From Acidobacteriota bacterium (lineage in GTDB: Bacteria > Acidobacteriota > Vicinamibacteria > Vicinamibacterales > CAVVIG01), in contig JANYHS010000282.1 in NCBI GenBank assembly GCA_025358945.1, positions 1 to 45,338 on the forward strand: a stretch of DNA of 45,338 nucleotides. Reading direction: 5' to 3'. A program made the position numbers and the translations under genes. Shown here in pieces: positions 16,968-27,669 of this stretch. Every line of letters begins with the position of its first letter. The stretch's first letter is position 1. The notes under the pieces were generated by a model. The model worked only from the letters and a program-made list of their open reading frames with translations. It searched no databases and was not told the origin of the DNA.

Positions 16968-17840
16968 TCAGCGCTCGTTCCACTTCAGCTTCTGTCTCAG
17001 CACCTCGAAGTAGCTGCGTGATGACGGACGGAGCAGGCGCACGCGGCGGTCGGCGCAGCGGATGCGGACCTCGTCGCCCTTCTCCAGCTGATAGCCGGCC
17101 TGACCGTCGAACGTGACGTAGAGCTCGTCGCGCTCGGCCATCATCGGCTGCACGCGCACGACCGACGAGGCGGGAATCACGATCGGCCGGTTGGTCAGCA
17201 TGTGCGGTGCGATCGGCGTCAGCACGATCGCATCGACGACCGGCTGGACGATCGGACCGCCGGCGGCGAGATTGTAGGCCGTCGATCCGGTGGGCGTCGC
17301 GACGATCAGGCCGTCGGCTTTGACGCGCGTGACGAACTCGTCGCCGACGAACACCGACAGATCGGTCATCCGCGCGCGCGCCGCCTTGGTGATCACCACG
17401 TCATTCAGCGACAGATGATCCGGCAGCTCCACGCCCCCCCTCATCGTCGTCGCGCGCAGCATCATGCGGGTTTCGATGCGCGCCGCGCCGCTCAGGGCGG
17501 ACTCGAGCGACGGGTACAGCTCAGGAAGCGTGGCCTCGGTCAGGAATCCGAGGCCGCCGAAGTTGACGCCGAGGATCGGGACGTCGACGTCCGCCGCACC
17601 GGCGCAGTCGGCGACCGAGAGGAGCGTGCCGTCGCCGCCGAGCACGACGAGCAGATCGACGCGGGCGACGAGCGCCGGTTTGTCGGCCACGTCCCGTCCG
17701 CGGTCTGTCGGCATCAGCGCCGCGGTCGCGGTCTCGAACACGCACTGGTGTCCCCGCGCGGCGAGCCACGACTCGATCTCGATGAGGTGCGGTGTCGCTT
17801 CGCGCAGGTGCGACTTGGCGACGATGCCGACGCGTGTCAT
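16968..17840 (-). CDS. nadK: NAD+ kinase
   Basis: LGGDGTLL, GLGFL, LND, DGLIVATPTGSTAYNLAAGGP. Confidence 0.96.
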   Translation of the reverse strand: MTRVGIVAKSHLREATPHLIEIESWLAARGHQCVFETATAALMPTDRGRDVADKPALVARVDLLVVLGGDGTLLSVADCAGAADVDVPILGVNFGGLGFLTEATLPELYPSLESALSGAARIETRMMLRATTMRGGVELPDHLSLNDVVITKAARARMTDLSVFVGDEFVTRVKADGLIVATPTGSTAYNLAAGGPIVQPVVDAIVLTPIAPHMLTNRPIVIPASSVVRVQPMMAERDELYVTFDGQAGYQLEKGDEVRIRCADRRVRLLRPSSRSYFEVLRQKLKWNER

Positions 17841-18742
17841 GACGTCATCGTACAACGATCCATCGCCTGGATGATGGCGACCAGCGCGGCGTTGACGGGG
17901 CAGGCAATGCCGGTCCTCCGTCCCAGATCGACGACCGCGCCGTTCATGTGATCGATCTCGGTTGGCCGGCCGCGCATCAGGTCCTGGCGCATCGACGCGA
18001 TCGTCTGCGAGGCGCCGAAGACGTCGGCGATCGTCGCCAGGAAATCGCCCTTGAAATGGACTCCTTCAGAGCGGGCGACCGCCAGGCATTCGTCGATCAC
18101 CAGCTGCTTCAGTGGATTCAGCCGCGAGTCAGCAATCCCGCCGACGTCGGTGCCGGTGATGGCGGTGATCGGGTTGATCACGCAGTTGTAGATCAGCTTC
18201 CGCCAGATCTCGGTCTTGATGTCGGGCGACACGCGGCCGTCGAGGCCGCAACCGGTGAGCATGTCCGCGATGCCGGCGCTGCGCGGACCGTCCTCGAGCA
18301 GCGTATAGCCCGAGGCGGTGAAGTTGATCACGCCGGGTGACTGCAAGATCGCGCCGAACTGCGTGATGGCGCGCAGCACGATTCCGCGGCCGCCGACCGC
18401 GCGCCGCGCGATCCCCTCGCTGTTCAGCCCGTTCTGGACGCAGACGATCACCGTGTCGTGGCGCACGAGATTCGCGATCGGCGCCAGCGCCGCCTCGGTG
18501 GCGTTCACCTTGGTGGCCAGGAAGATGATGGTGCGCGGCGCGATCGATTCGATCTGCGTGATGGCGTGGACGCGTACGGTCACCGTCTCGCGACCGATCA
18601 ACTGCAGGCCTGAAGACGCAATCGCCTCGACGTGATCGCGGCGCGCGACGACCGTCACCGGGTGTCTGGCCGCCAGCTTGACGGCGTAGACGCTGCCGAT
18701 CGCGCCGGCGCCGAGGACGATGACCGGGTCAGCCTGCGGCAC
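17837..18742 (-). CDS. panE: Ketopantoate reductase family protein
   Basis: GAGAIG, VQNGL, WRKLIYNCVINP, SMRQD..GRPTEID..NG. Confidence 0.88.
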   Translation of the reverse strand: MPQADPVIVLGAGAIGSVYAVKLAARHPVTVVARRDHVEAIASSGLQLIGRETVTVRVHAITQIESIAPRTIIFLATKVNATEAALAPIANLVRHDTVIVCVQNGLNSEGIARRAVGGRGIVLRAITQFGAILQSPGVINFTASGYTLLEDGPRSAGIADMLTGCGLDGRVSPDIKTEIWRKLIYNCVINPITAITGTDVGGIADSRLNPLKQLVIDECLAVARSEGVHFKGDFLATIADVFGASQTIASMRQDLMRGRPTEIDHMNGAVVDLGRRTGIACPVNAALVAIIQAMDRCTMTS

Positions 18743-19499
18743 GAAGATGGAGAAAGAATTCCTGGTTGCCGGTGGCGCCGGTGATCGCGGACGGCGCCAT
18801 CGCGATCCGGGTGAGGCCGCACGTCGCGGCGGCTTCGGTGACGCGGGCGATCACGGCTTCGTGCACCGCCGGGTCGGAAACGATGCCGTGCTTGCCCACT
18901 TCCTCGCGGCCGGCTTCGAACTGCGGCTTCACGAGCGCAATGACGTCGGCGTGCGGATTAAGGAACGTGGGCAATGCCGGCAGGATGTGGCGCAACGAAA
19001 TGAACGCGACGTCGATCACCACCAGGCTCACCGCATGCGGCACATCGTCTGGCGTGAGCGCGCGCGCGTTGACGCCTTCGTGGACGAGGACGCGCGGGTC
19101 GGTGCGCAGCCGCCAGTCGAGTTGACCGCGGCCGACGTCGATGGCGATGACGCTGGCCGCGCCGCGCTGCAACAGGACGTCGGTGAAACCGCCGGTTGAG
19201 GCGCCGACGTCGAGCGCGCGGCGTCCGCTCGGATCGACGTGGAATGCATCCAGCGCGCCGGCCAGTTTCAGCCCGCCGCGTCCGACGTAGGGATGATCGG
19301 GAACGGCAAGTTCCACGCGGGCATCCGCTTTGACCGGCGCGCCGGCTTTCGACACGACCTGGCCGTTGATGGTCACCTGGCCCGCGAGGATCAGCGCCCG
19401 CGCCCGCTCGCGCGACGGGGCGAGGCCGAGGTCGACGAGCGCCACGTCGAGGCGCGTCTTAGCGGCCAAACTCTCCACCACAGAGGACGCGGAGGACAT
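18729..19499 (-). CDS. tlyA: TlyA family rRNA methyltransferase
   Basis: S4 domain (RLD...SRERA), YVGRGGLKL, DVGASTGGFTD, LVKPQFEAG, GNQEF. Start uncertain. Confidence 0.94.
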   Translation of the reverse strand: MSSASSVVESLAAKTRLDVALVDLGLAPSRERARALILAGQVTINGQVVSKAGAPVKADARVELAVPDHPYVGRGGLKLAGALDAFHVDPSGRRALDVGASTGGFTDVLLQRGAASVIAIDVGRGQLDWRLRTDPRVLVHEGVNARALTPDDVPHAVSLVVIDVAFISLRHILPALPTFLNPHADVIALVKPQFEAGREEVGKHGIVSDPAVHEAVIARVTEAAATCGLTRIAMAPSAITGATGNQEFFLHLRAAG

Positions 19500-19560
19500 G
19501 GCGGATGAAATCTTTGTGGGTCTTGCCCCCCGCGTCCCCTGTGTCCACCGTGGTGGAGAG
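19471..19560. repeat. 90-bp element with 11-bp terminal inverted repeats and 9-mer arms
   Basis: CTCTCCACCAC ... GTGGTGGAGAG; internal units cagaggacg/cggaggaca mirrored by cgcgtcccc/tgtgtccac. Confidence 0.8.
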
Positions 19561-19568
19561 CCTCGGCA

Positions 19569-20576
19569 TCAGCTCTTCCTCGAAACAACCCACTCCGCGA
19601 TCCCGCCGAGCAGACTGCCGGTGACGCCGGCATCGGCGAGCGCCTGGTGCGCGCGTTGCAGGCATTCCGCGGCGAGCGTGCGTGAGCGATCGAGGCCGAA
19701 GATCGCCGGGTACGTGGGCTTGGCGGATGCGGCATCCTTGCCGGCGGTCTTGCCAAGCGATGCGGGATCGCCTTCGACGTCGAGGATGTCGTCCACGATC
19801 TGGAACGCGAGACCCACGTCGCTCGCGTACGCATCGATCGCCGTCACGAGCGCAGCGTCCCCGCCGGCCATGATCGCGCCGCTGACGGCGGACGCGCGAA
19901 TCAGCGCACCGGTCTTGAGCGCGTGCATGTGGCGCAGGCGGTCGCCATCGAGCGTCACCGCGTGTCCCGGGGCCTGTCCCGCGGCCTGCAAATCGATCGC
20001 CTGGCCACCGACCATACCGGCCGCGCCGGCAGCTTCCCCGACCAGTTGAATCACACGCAGCTTGCGGCGGATGACGTCAGGGTCGTCGGACACCGGCTCG
20101 CGCGCGAGCAGGGTGAAGGCTTCGGCGTGGAGGCCGTCGCCGGCGAGGATCGCAATGCCGTCGCCGTAGACGACGTGCAGCGTCGGCCGGCCGCGGCGCA
20201 GCGTATCGTCGTCCATCGCCGGCAGATCGTCGTGGATCAATGAGTAGGTGTGAATCAGCTCGATGGCGCACGCGACGGGGAGCGCGGCGGTCATCGCACG
20301 ACTGAAGTCGTGCGCCACACCTTTCGCATGACTGAAGTCGTGCGCCACTTTGGGAAGGCTGTGGCGCAGCACTTTCGCGCTGCGATCGTCAACCGCTGCG
20401 GCTGCGGCCAGCGTCATCATCGGCCGGAGGCGCTTGCCGCCGGCGAAGACGCTGTAGCGCATGGCATCACTGACGATGGCGGGGCACTTTGGCGGACGGG
20501 GCAGGCAACGTTCGAGCGCCGCGTCGACGCGCGTCCGAGTGCTGGCGAGAAAATCGGCGAGGGGATCGGCGGTCAC
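19569..20576 (-). CDS. ispA: Farnesyl/geranyl diphosphate synthase
   Basis: GGKRLRP, SLIHDDLPAMDDDTLRRGRPT, GQAID, KTGAL, FQIVDDILD; contains an insert of about 30 aa. Confidence 0.95.
   Translation of the reverse strand: MTADPLADFLASTRTRVDAALERCLPRPPKCPAIVSDAMRYSVFAGGKRLRPMMTLAAAAAVDDRSAKVLRHSLPKVAHDFSHAKGVAHDFSRAMTAALPVACAIELIHTYSLIHDDLPAMDDDTLRRGRPTLHVVYGDGIAILAGDGLHAEAFTLLAREPVSDDPDVIRRKLRVIQLVGEAAGAAGMVGGQAIDLQAAGQAPGHAVTLDGDRLRHMHALKTGALIRASAVSGAIMAGGDAALVTAIDAYASDVGLAFQIVDDILDVEGDPASLGKTAGKDAASAKPTYPAIFGLDRSRTLAAECLQRAHQALADAGVTGSLLGGIAEWVVSRKS
20295..20384. repeat. Cluster of three REP-like hairpins inside ispA
   Basis: Two minus-strand copies of GTGGCGCACGACTTCAGTCRTGCG (20295-20318, 20325-20348) and one plus-strand variant GTGGCGCAGCACTTTCGCGCTGCG (20361-20384). 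Confidence 0.9.
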
Positions 20577-20594
20577 TGGGACATCACGACGGCA

Positions 20595-20843
20595 TTACCC
20601 GCGTTCGGGATCGTCTGCGCCGAACGAGGCCGGGGCCGGCTTCAACTCGCCGCGCTCGTTGAGGATTTCGATCCGCCGCTCGGCCTGTTCGAGTTGCGCG
20701 TGGCAGAAACGCGAGAGCTGGACGCCACGTTCGTACAGGGCGAGCGACTGCTCGAGCGCGAGGTCGCCTTCCTCGAGTTTCTTGACGATCGTTTCGAGCT
20801 CGGCGATCGCCGCTTCGAAGTCTTTGATGGATGGGTCGGTCAT
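20595..20843 (-). CDS. xseB: Exodeoxyribonuclease VII small subunit
   Basis: FEAAIAELETIVKKLEEGDLALEQSLALYERG. Confidence 0.95.
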   Translation of the reverse strand: MTDPSIKDFEAAIAELETIVKKLEEGDLALEQSLALYERGVQLSRFCHAQLEQAERRIEILNERGELKPAPASFGADDPERG

Positions 20844-22267
20844 TCGGCTTTTGTCACCTTAGCGTCAATTGCGCCGCGGCTCAAGGTCACATGGATCGTG
20901 TCGCCTGGCGCCACCGCGGATGCGTCGCGGATGACGCGGGTCTTGTCCGCGTTCCAGGCGACGGCGTATCCGCGCCCGAGGACCGCGAGCGGGCTGAGGG
21001 TGTCGAGACGCCCGGCGACGTTGCCCAACTGCGCCTGCGCGCGATGCTGCCGGAGGTGGACCGCGGCGTCCAGCCGGCCGCGCGACGCGACGAGGCGCGT
21101 GCGGACACTGGCCAGGCGCCGGCCGGCGTCGAACGTGAATAGCTGCCGTTCGAGTTGCTGACGCCGCCGCTCTCGCAGCGTAACGCCCGCGCGCATGACG
21201 CGAGCCAGCGCATGTGAGAGTTCCGCCGCGTGACGACCGCGCATGGCGACGCGCCCGCGGAACCCGGCAAACGCCGGGCGGCCGTCGACCATGTGCACGC
21301 GACGGCTCAGCCCCTGGACTCGGCCGCGCGCCGCAGCGCGGAGGCGTCCGTGCAGGCGATCGATGCGTCCGACGAACTCGTCCTTCGCGGAGACCACGAG
21401 CTCCGCCGCGGCCGAAGGCGTCGGCGCGCGCAGGTCGGCGACAAAGTCGGCGATGGTCACGTCGGTCTCGTGGCCGACCGCCGAAATCACCGGCACCGGC
21501 ACTGTCGCGATCGCCCGCGCGACGATCTCTTCGTTGAACGCCCAGAGATCCTCGATCGAACCACCACCACGACCGACGATGACGACATCGACGCCGGGCA
21601 CTCGCGCAATCTGACGCAGCGCGCGCGCGATTTCCGGCGCCGCATCCTCACCCTGCACGCGCGCCGGGCAGATGACGATGTGCGCGTTCGCGTACCGGCG
21701 GCGAAGCACGTTGATGATGTCGCGAATGGCCGCGCCGTCGAGCGAGGTGACGATGCCGATCTTGCGGGGCAACGCCGGCAGCGGGCGCTTGCGCGCGGCG
21801 TCGAACAGTCCCTCGTCCTGCAGGCGTTTCTTCAGCTGATCGAACGCCAATTGCAGCGCGCCCAGTCCGTGAGGCTCGAGGTGCTCGCAGACAAGCTGAT
21901 ACTCACCCTTCGGTTCGTACACTGACACGCGTCCCCGCGCGACCACGCGCAGTCCGTCGGCCGGCTTGAACTTGAGATAGCGAAGCGCGGACTTGAAGAT
22001 GACAGCTTTGATCTGGGACGCGCCGTCCTTCAGCGTGAAATACAGATGCCCCGTGTTCCACAAGCGGCATCCGGAGAGCTCGCCCTCGACCCACACCTCG
22101 AAGAATTCGGCTTCGAGCAGGTCGCGCACACGCACGGTCAGCTCGGTGACGCTGAAGACACGGCGCGACGGCGGGAGCTTGGGACCAGGGGCTGGAGGCT
22201 TCGGCGCCGCGGCAGGGACGACCGGCGCCGCCTCTTCTTCAAACGGAAGATCGAACAGGTCGGTCAT
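20840..22267 (-). CDS. xseA: Exodeoxyribonuclease VII large subunit
   Basis: GHLYFTLKD, RGGGSIEDLWAFNEE, SAVGHETD, RAPTPSAAAE. Confidence 0.96.
   Translation of the reverse strand: MTDLFDLPFEEEAAPVVPAAAPKPPAPGPKLPPSRRVFSVTELTVRVRDLLEAEFFEVWVEGELSGCRLWNTGHLYFTLKDGASQIKAVIFKSALRYLKFKPADGLRVVARGRVSVYEPKGEYQLVCEHLEPHGLGALQLAFDQLKKRLQDEGLFDAARKRPLPALPRKIGIVTSLDGAAIRDIINVLRRRYANAHIVICPARVQGEDAAPEIARALRQIARVPGVDVVIVGRGGGSIEDLWAFNEEIVARAIATVPVPVISAVGHETDVTIADFVADLRAPTPSAAAELVVSAKDEFVGRIDRLHGRLRAAARGRVQGLSRRVHMVDGRPAFAGFRGRVAMRGRHAAELSHALARVMRAGVTLRERRRQQLERQLFTFDAGRRLASVRTRLVASRGRLDAAVHLRQHRAQAQLGNVAGRLDTLSPLAVLGRGYAVAWNADKTRVIRDASAVAPGDTIHVTLSRGAIDAKVTKAE
22172..22205. repeat. Degenerate heptamer array inside the xseA N-terminus
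   Basis: cgggagc ttgggac caggggc tggaggc ttcgg, encoding PKPPAPGPKLP; resembles the 5973-6064 family. Confidence 0.5.
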
Positions 22268-23075
22268 CGGCTAGGTCCGCCAGTTGCTGGATGTCGTCCG
22301 CGCTCAGGCTCAGTCGTTCGATGTCGGTGGCGAGGCCGGTCTGCTCGTCGGCGTCGATGATCACGGCGTTCAGCCGTGGATTCCCGGTCGCGGTTTCGAA
22401 ACGCGCCGGCAGTGCGGTCAGAAATTTCCCGAGCGCCGCCTGAATGTCGACGCCGATAATCGAATCGTGCGGACCGGTCATGCCGACGTCGGTCAGGTAG
22501 GCCGTCCCCTTCGGCAGGATGCGCTCGTCGGCGGTCTGCACGTGCGTGTGCGTGCCGACGACCGCCGTCACCTTGCCGTCAAGATGCCAACCCATCGCGA
22601 TCTTCTCCGATGTCGCCTCGGCATGAAAGTCGACGAACACGATTCGTGTCCGCTGCTTCAGCGTTTCGATCTCGCGCAGCACGACCGCGAACGGGTCGTC
22701 GATGCTCAGCATGAACACGCGGCCCATCACATTGACGACGCCGACGGTTTGCCCGCCGCGCGTGCGCGCGAGATAGCTGCCGTTGCCGGGGGCGCCCGCC
22801 GGATAGTTCGCCGGCCGCAGGAGCCGCGGCTCCGCGCCGATGTAGTCGAGCGCTTCCTTCTTGTCCCAGATGTGGTTGCCGGACGTCATCACGTCGACGC
22901 CCCAGTCGAGAATCTGATCGCCGATCTCCCGCGTGATTCCGAAGCCGGCGGCGGAATTCTCGGCGTTGGCGATCACCAGATCGATCCGGTGGAAATCGAC
23001 GATGCCCGCCAGGCCGCGCCGAACGAGCTCGCGGCCGGGCTTACCGACGATGTCGCCAATGAAGAGGATACGCAC
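22239..23075 (-). CDS. ymdB: YmdB-like metallophosphoesterase
   Basis: MRILFIGDIVG, NAENSAAG, SGNH, DFHAEATSEK, GTHTHV, DVGMTG. Confidence 0.93.
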   Translation of the reverse strand: MRILFIGDIVGKPGRELVRRGLAGIVDFHRIDLVIANAENSAAGFGITREIGDQILDWGVDVMTSGNHIWDKKEALDYIGAEPRLLRPANYPAGAPGNGSYLARTRGGQTVGVVNVMGRVFMLSIDDPFAVVLREIETLKQRTRIVFVDFHAEATSEKIAMGWHLDGKVTAVVGTHTHVQTADERILPKGTAYLTDVGMTGPHDSIIGVDIQAALGKFLTALPARFETATGNPRLNAVIIDADEQTGLATDIERLSLSADDIQQLADLADDRPVRSSV

Positions 23076-23137
23076 GCTCCACAGCTTACAGCCATATGGC
23101 TCATTGGTTTAAGGCCAGTCGCCGGCTGTTAAATTGA

Positions 23138-23196
23138 TATGAGTGTTATTAACTAAGATTTACTGCTTGACTGATACTCAATATGACGCCTATACT
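23138..23196 (+). promoter_or_regulatory. dnaK promoter with dyad operator-like sequences
   Basis: TTGACT (23167-72), 18 nt, TATACT (23191-96); ATGAGT-N7-ACTAAG at 23139-57 and ACTCAA at 23176-81. Confidence 0.6.
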
Positions 23197-23223
23197 TCTT
23201 TCAACTTAGGAAGCGAGGACAGC

Positions 23224-25113
<1,890 letters not shown>

Positions 25114-25116
25114 CAA

Positions 25117-25197
25117 GCGGGGCCAGGTAGGCCAGGTAGGTCGGGTAGGTCAAGTCGGTCGGGTAAGAACCTGGCCCACCCGACCCACCCGACCCCG
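25117..25197. repeat. Inverted 9-mer arrays downstream of dnaK
   Basis: gccaggtag gccaggtag gtcgggtag gtcaagtcg gtcgggtaa // acctggc ccacccgac ccacccgac cccg. Confidence 0.85.
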
Positions 25198-25218
25198 TGC
25201 TAACCTCTAGTGCCGACC

Positions 25219-25290
25219 ATGGAAGAGCCAAGTCCACTCCAGCAGGACCCCGACACACCCGAGATCCCGGTAGAAGAGGCCGAAGGATGA
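25219..25290 (+). CDS. Candidate 23-aa acidic small ORF
   Basis: MEEPSPLQQDPDTPEIPVEEAEG*; follows TGcTAACCT; its stop overlaps the next start (ATGA). Confidence 0.35.
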   Translation: MEEPSPLQQDPDTPEIPVEEAEG

Positions 25291-25556
25291 ACGCCGACGC
25301 CATACAGATCGCCCTGGGCACGCTGCAGGGCATCCTTTCGAGCACGGGGTTCGTGCTCTTTCTCTTCATTGGCTTCTGCGTGCTCGCCGGGTTCACGAAG
25401 ACGCGGAAGACCGCGGGCGGGGCTGCGTCGGTGATCAAGAGCCTCGACGAGCGGATCAGCCTCCAGCCGATGGTCTATTTCGCGCCGAGTGCGCCGCACG
25501 GGCCGGCCGACCAGCTCAAGTCGCCGGAACTCCTCGAAGCCGCCGCTCGCAAGTGA
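25287..25556 (+). CDS. Small membrane protein of unknown function (89 aa)
   Basis: One hydrophobic segment (GFVLFLFIGFCVLAGF) and genome-typical codon usage. Confidence 0.7.
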   Translation: MNADAIQIALGTLQGILSSTGFVLFLFIGFCVLAGFTKTRKTAGGAASVIKSLDERISLQPMVYFAPSAPHGPADQLKSPELLEAAARK

Positions 25557-25591
25557 TCCTCGCGAAACCCTAATCCCTCAGCCCTTCTTTC

Positions 25592-26620
25592 TTAGGCAAA
25601 ACTTTCCGGCTGCCAGCGCATGCCGAGGTTGATGATGCGCTGGATCACTGTCTCGTAACCGAGACCGACCTTCTGCGCCGACGCCGCAAAATCCTCGCCT
25701 CTGGCAATCTGCGGATTCGGGTTCGCTTCGATCACCCAGGCGTTGCCCGCTGCGTCCAGCCGCAGATCGATGCGCGCGTAACCGCTCAACTCCAGCGCCC
25801 GGTACGCCCGCTTGCACAAATGCTGGATGCTCTCGGCTTTGGACTCGGTGAGGTCCGCGGCTGGTCCGCTGTCGATGCCGTACTTCTTCTGATACTTGAC
25901 GCTCCACTTCACACGATCGGTCGCGATGCGCTTCGCGCCCTCGGGCATGTTCGTGAAGAAGAGCTCCCACACCGGCATCGCCTGCAGCGCCTGATTGCCG
26001 AGGATTCCGACGTACATCTCGCGGCCCTCGATGTACTGCTCGACGATCGCCGCGGTGCCGATGCTGTCGTGGATGAACGAGACGCGCTCCTTCAACTTCT
26101 CGTCGCTGTCGACGACCGACGCCTGCGAAATACCAATGGACGCTTCCTGCGTCAGCGACTTCACCATCAACGGGAAGGGCAGGCGCTTGGGCCGCCGCAC
26201 CGGTCGGCCGATGCGGACGACCTCGAACTCCGGCACCGGAATGCGGTGATACGCGAGCAGTTTCTTGGACAGCGACTTGTCGCGCGCGAGGAGCAGGCCG
26301 CGCGGGTTGCACCCGGTGTACGGCAGCTTCAGCAGCTCGAGATGCGAGACCACGTTCTGGTCGAAGATCGTGATGTCGTCAAAGCCCTCGAGCAGGTTGA
26401 AGGCGATGTGGGGTTTCCACTCCGTCGCCAGACGCCGGATCTCGCCGAGATCGTCGTGCACGCCGAGCGCCTTCACTTCGTGGCCGAGGCCGGTCAGCGT
26501 GGAGATGACGTCGTACTCCGTGCGCCAGGGTGCGGCGACGGTGTCGGTGCCCGGCTCGATGACGTCGGGTGGGACGAGATGGCGGTGAACCAGCGCAAGC
26601 ACGCGCAGCTTCGCGCTCAC
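25592..26620 (-). CDS. D-Ala-D-Ala-ligase-like ATP-grasp enzyme (not canonical Ddl)
   Basis: FNLLEG, PYTG, DKSLSK, KSLTQEASIGIS, EQYIEGRE, ARIDLR, IEANPNP; lacks the Ddl GGxSxE N-terminal motif. Confidence 0.85.
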   Translation of the reverse strand: MSAKLRVLALVHRHLVPPDVIEPGTDTVAAPWRTEYDVISTLTGLGHEVKALGVHDDLGEIRRLATEWKPHIAFNLLEGFDDITIFDQNVVSHLELLKLPYTGCNPRGLLLARDKSLSKKLLAYHRIPVPEFEVVRIGRPVRRPKRLPFPLMVKSLTQEASIGISQASVVDSDEKLKERVSFIHDSIGTAAIVEQYIEGREMYVGILGNQALQAMPVWELFFTNMPEGAKRIATDRVKWSVKYQKKYGIDSGPAADLTESKAESIQHLCKRAYRALELSGYARIDLRLDAAGNAWVIEANPNPQIARGEDFAASAQKVGLGYETVIQRIINLGMRWQPESFA

Positions 26621-27669
26621 AGTGCCACCCGGTGTCTGCCACTGTGCAGGTAATTCATCGTCTGGACCGTCAGAAAGACCATGAAGTCGATTTTCGTGGC
26701 GTCCTCGGTATCGGTGAGGCGCAGGTTCAGCTCACGGCAGCGCTCGATGATTTTCACGAGCAGCTGATCGATCGTGTACTGGTAGCTGTCGGTGAAGCTG
26801 GCGACCGTGCTGCGGACCTCTTTGCGGATCCGTCGCACGAAGCGCGCGGCCGAGAGGTTTCTCGCGTACTGCGGCGCGTCGGAAAATAAGTTGCGCAAGT
26901 CGCTTTCGTAGAAATCGGGGTGGTCGAGGCCGTAATGCTCGCGCTTCGCACGATAGTGTTCGCCGAGCGTTTTCTTCAGTCGCGGCAACGGATCGACCTG
27001 GCGCTTGGACGTGACGCGCGGCCGGGTGCGCGCGATCTCGCGCATCAGGCGATCCATGTACTCGACCTTGCGCTGTGCCGGCCAGCCGGCGTAGCGCGTG
27101 GCCCACATCGCGTGCGGATCGATCCAGACCGCGAACGTCTCGGCGAAATCCTCGTCGGGGTGGCTCTGTGCGTACCAGTGATCGAGATGCTGCACGAAGC
27201 TTTTGCTGTACGGCTTCGGCGTGTAGTACTCGGGGTACTCGGTCTTCGGATCGCCGAACAGCCGCCGGCGTGTGGGCCGCCGCTGCAGCTGGTACGCGTT
27301 GTCGATCGCGTGCCCGGCTTCATGGCGGAGGATGCGCAAGCACGACTCGGGATCGCCGCCCTCGACCTCGAGCATCTGAGCCAGTTCGAGTTTCGCCAGG
27401 CGTGGATGCGCCAGGTAAAACGGAATCGCGATGCCAGGTACGCCGTCGGGAGTGAACCACTCGTCCGACAGCCAGTACGTCGGCCGGAACATCAGGCCGT
27501 GCGCCTCGAGTTCGGCGTTGAGCTGTGCGATCCGCAGCTCGATCTCCGTGCCCGCGATGGTCAGGCCGAGATCGCACATGCGGACCTCGAGCAGCTTCTC
27601 GTCGCTGACCGTCGTCCAGTCGGCGGCCTTCAGCGGTTCGAGATCAGGGGGGGGGGCTGTGTCGACCAT
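26617..27669 (-). CDS. Putative zinc-binding (zincin) metallopeptidase
   Basis: HEAGH plus downstream YAQSHPDEDFAETFA; 4-bp overlap with the ATP-grasp gene. Confidence 0.82.
   Translation of the reverse strand: MVDTAPPPDLEPLKAADWTTVSDEKLLEVRMCDLGLTIAGTEIELRIAQLNAELEAHGLMFRPTYWLSDEWFTPDGVPGIAIPFYLAHPRLAKLELAQMLEVEGGDPESCLRILRHEAGHAIDNAYQLQRRPTRRRLFGDPKTEYPEYYTPKPYSKSFVQHLDHWYAQSHPDEDFAETFAVWIDPHAMWATRYAGWPAQRKVEYMDRLMREIARTRPRVTSKRQVDPLPRLKKTLGEHYRAKREHYGLDHPDFYESDLRNLFSDAPQYARNLSAARFVRRIRKEVRSTVASFTDSYQYTIDQLLVKIIERCRELNLRLTDTEDATKIDFMVFLTVQTMNYLHSGRHRVAL

Noticed and set aside
25592-26620. Calling the ATP-grasp gene ddl or a van resistance ligase
   Set aside because: It lacks the Ddl N-terminal substrate motif and has no cell-wall or van gene context.
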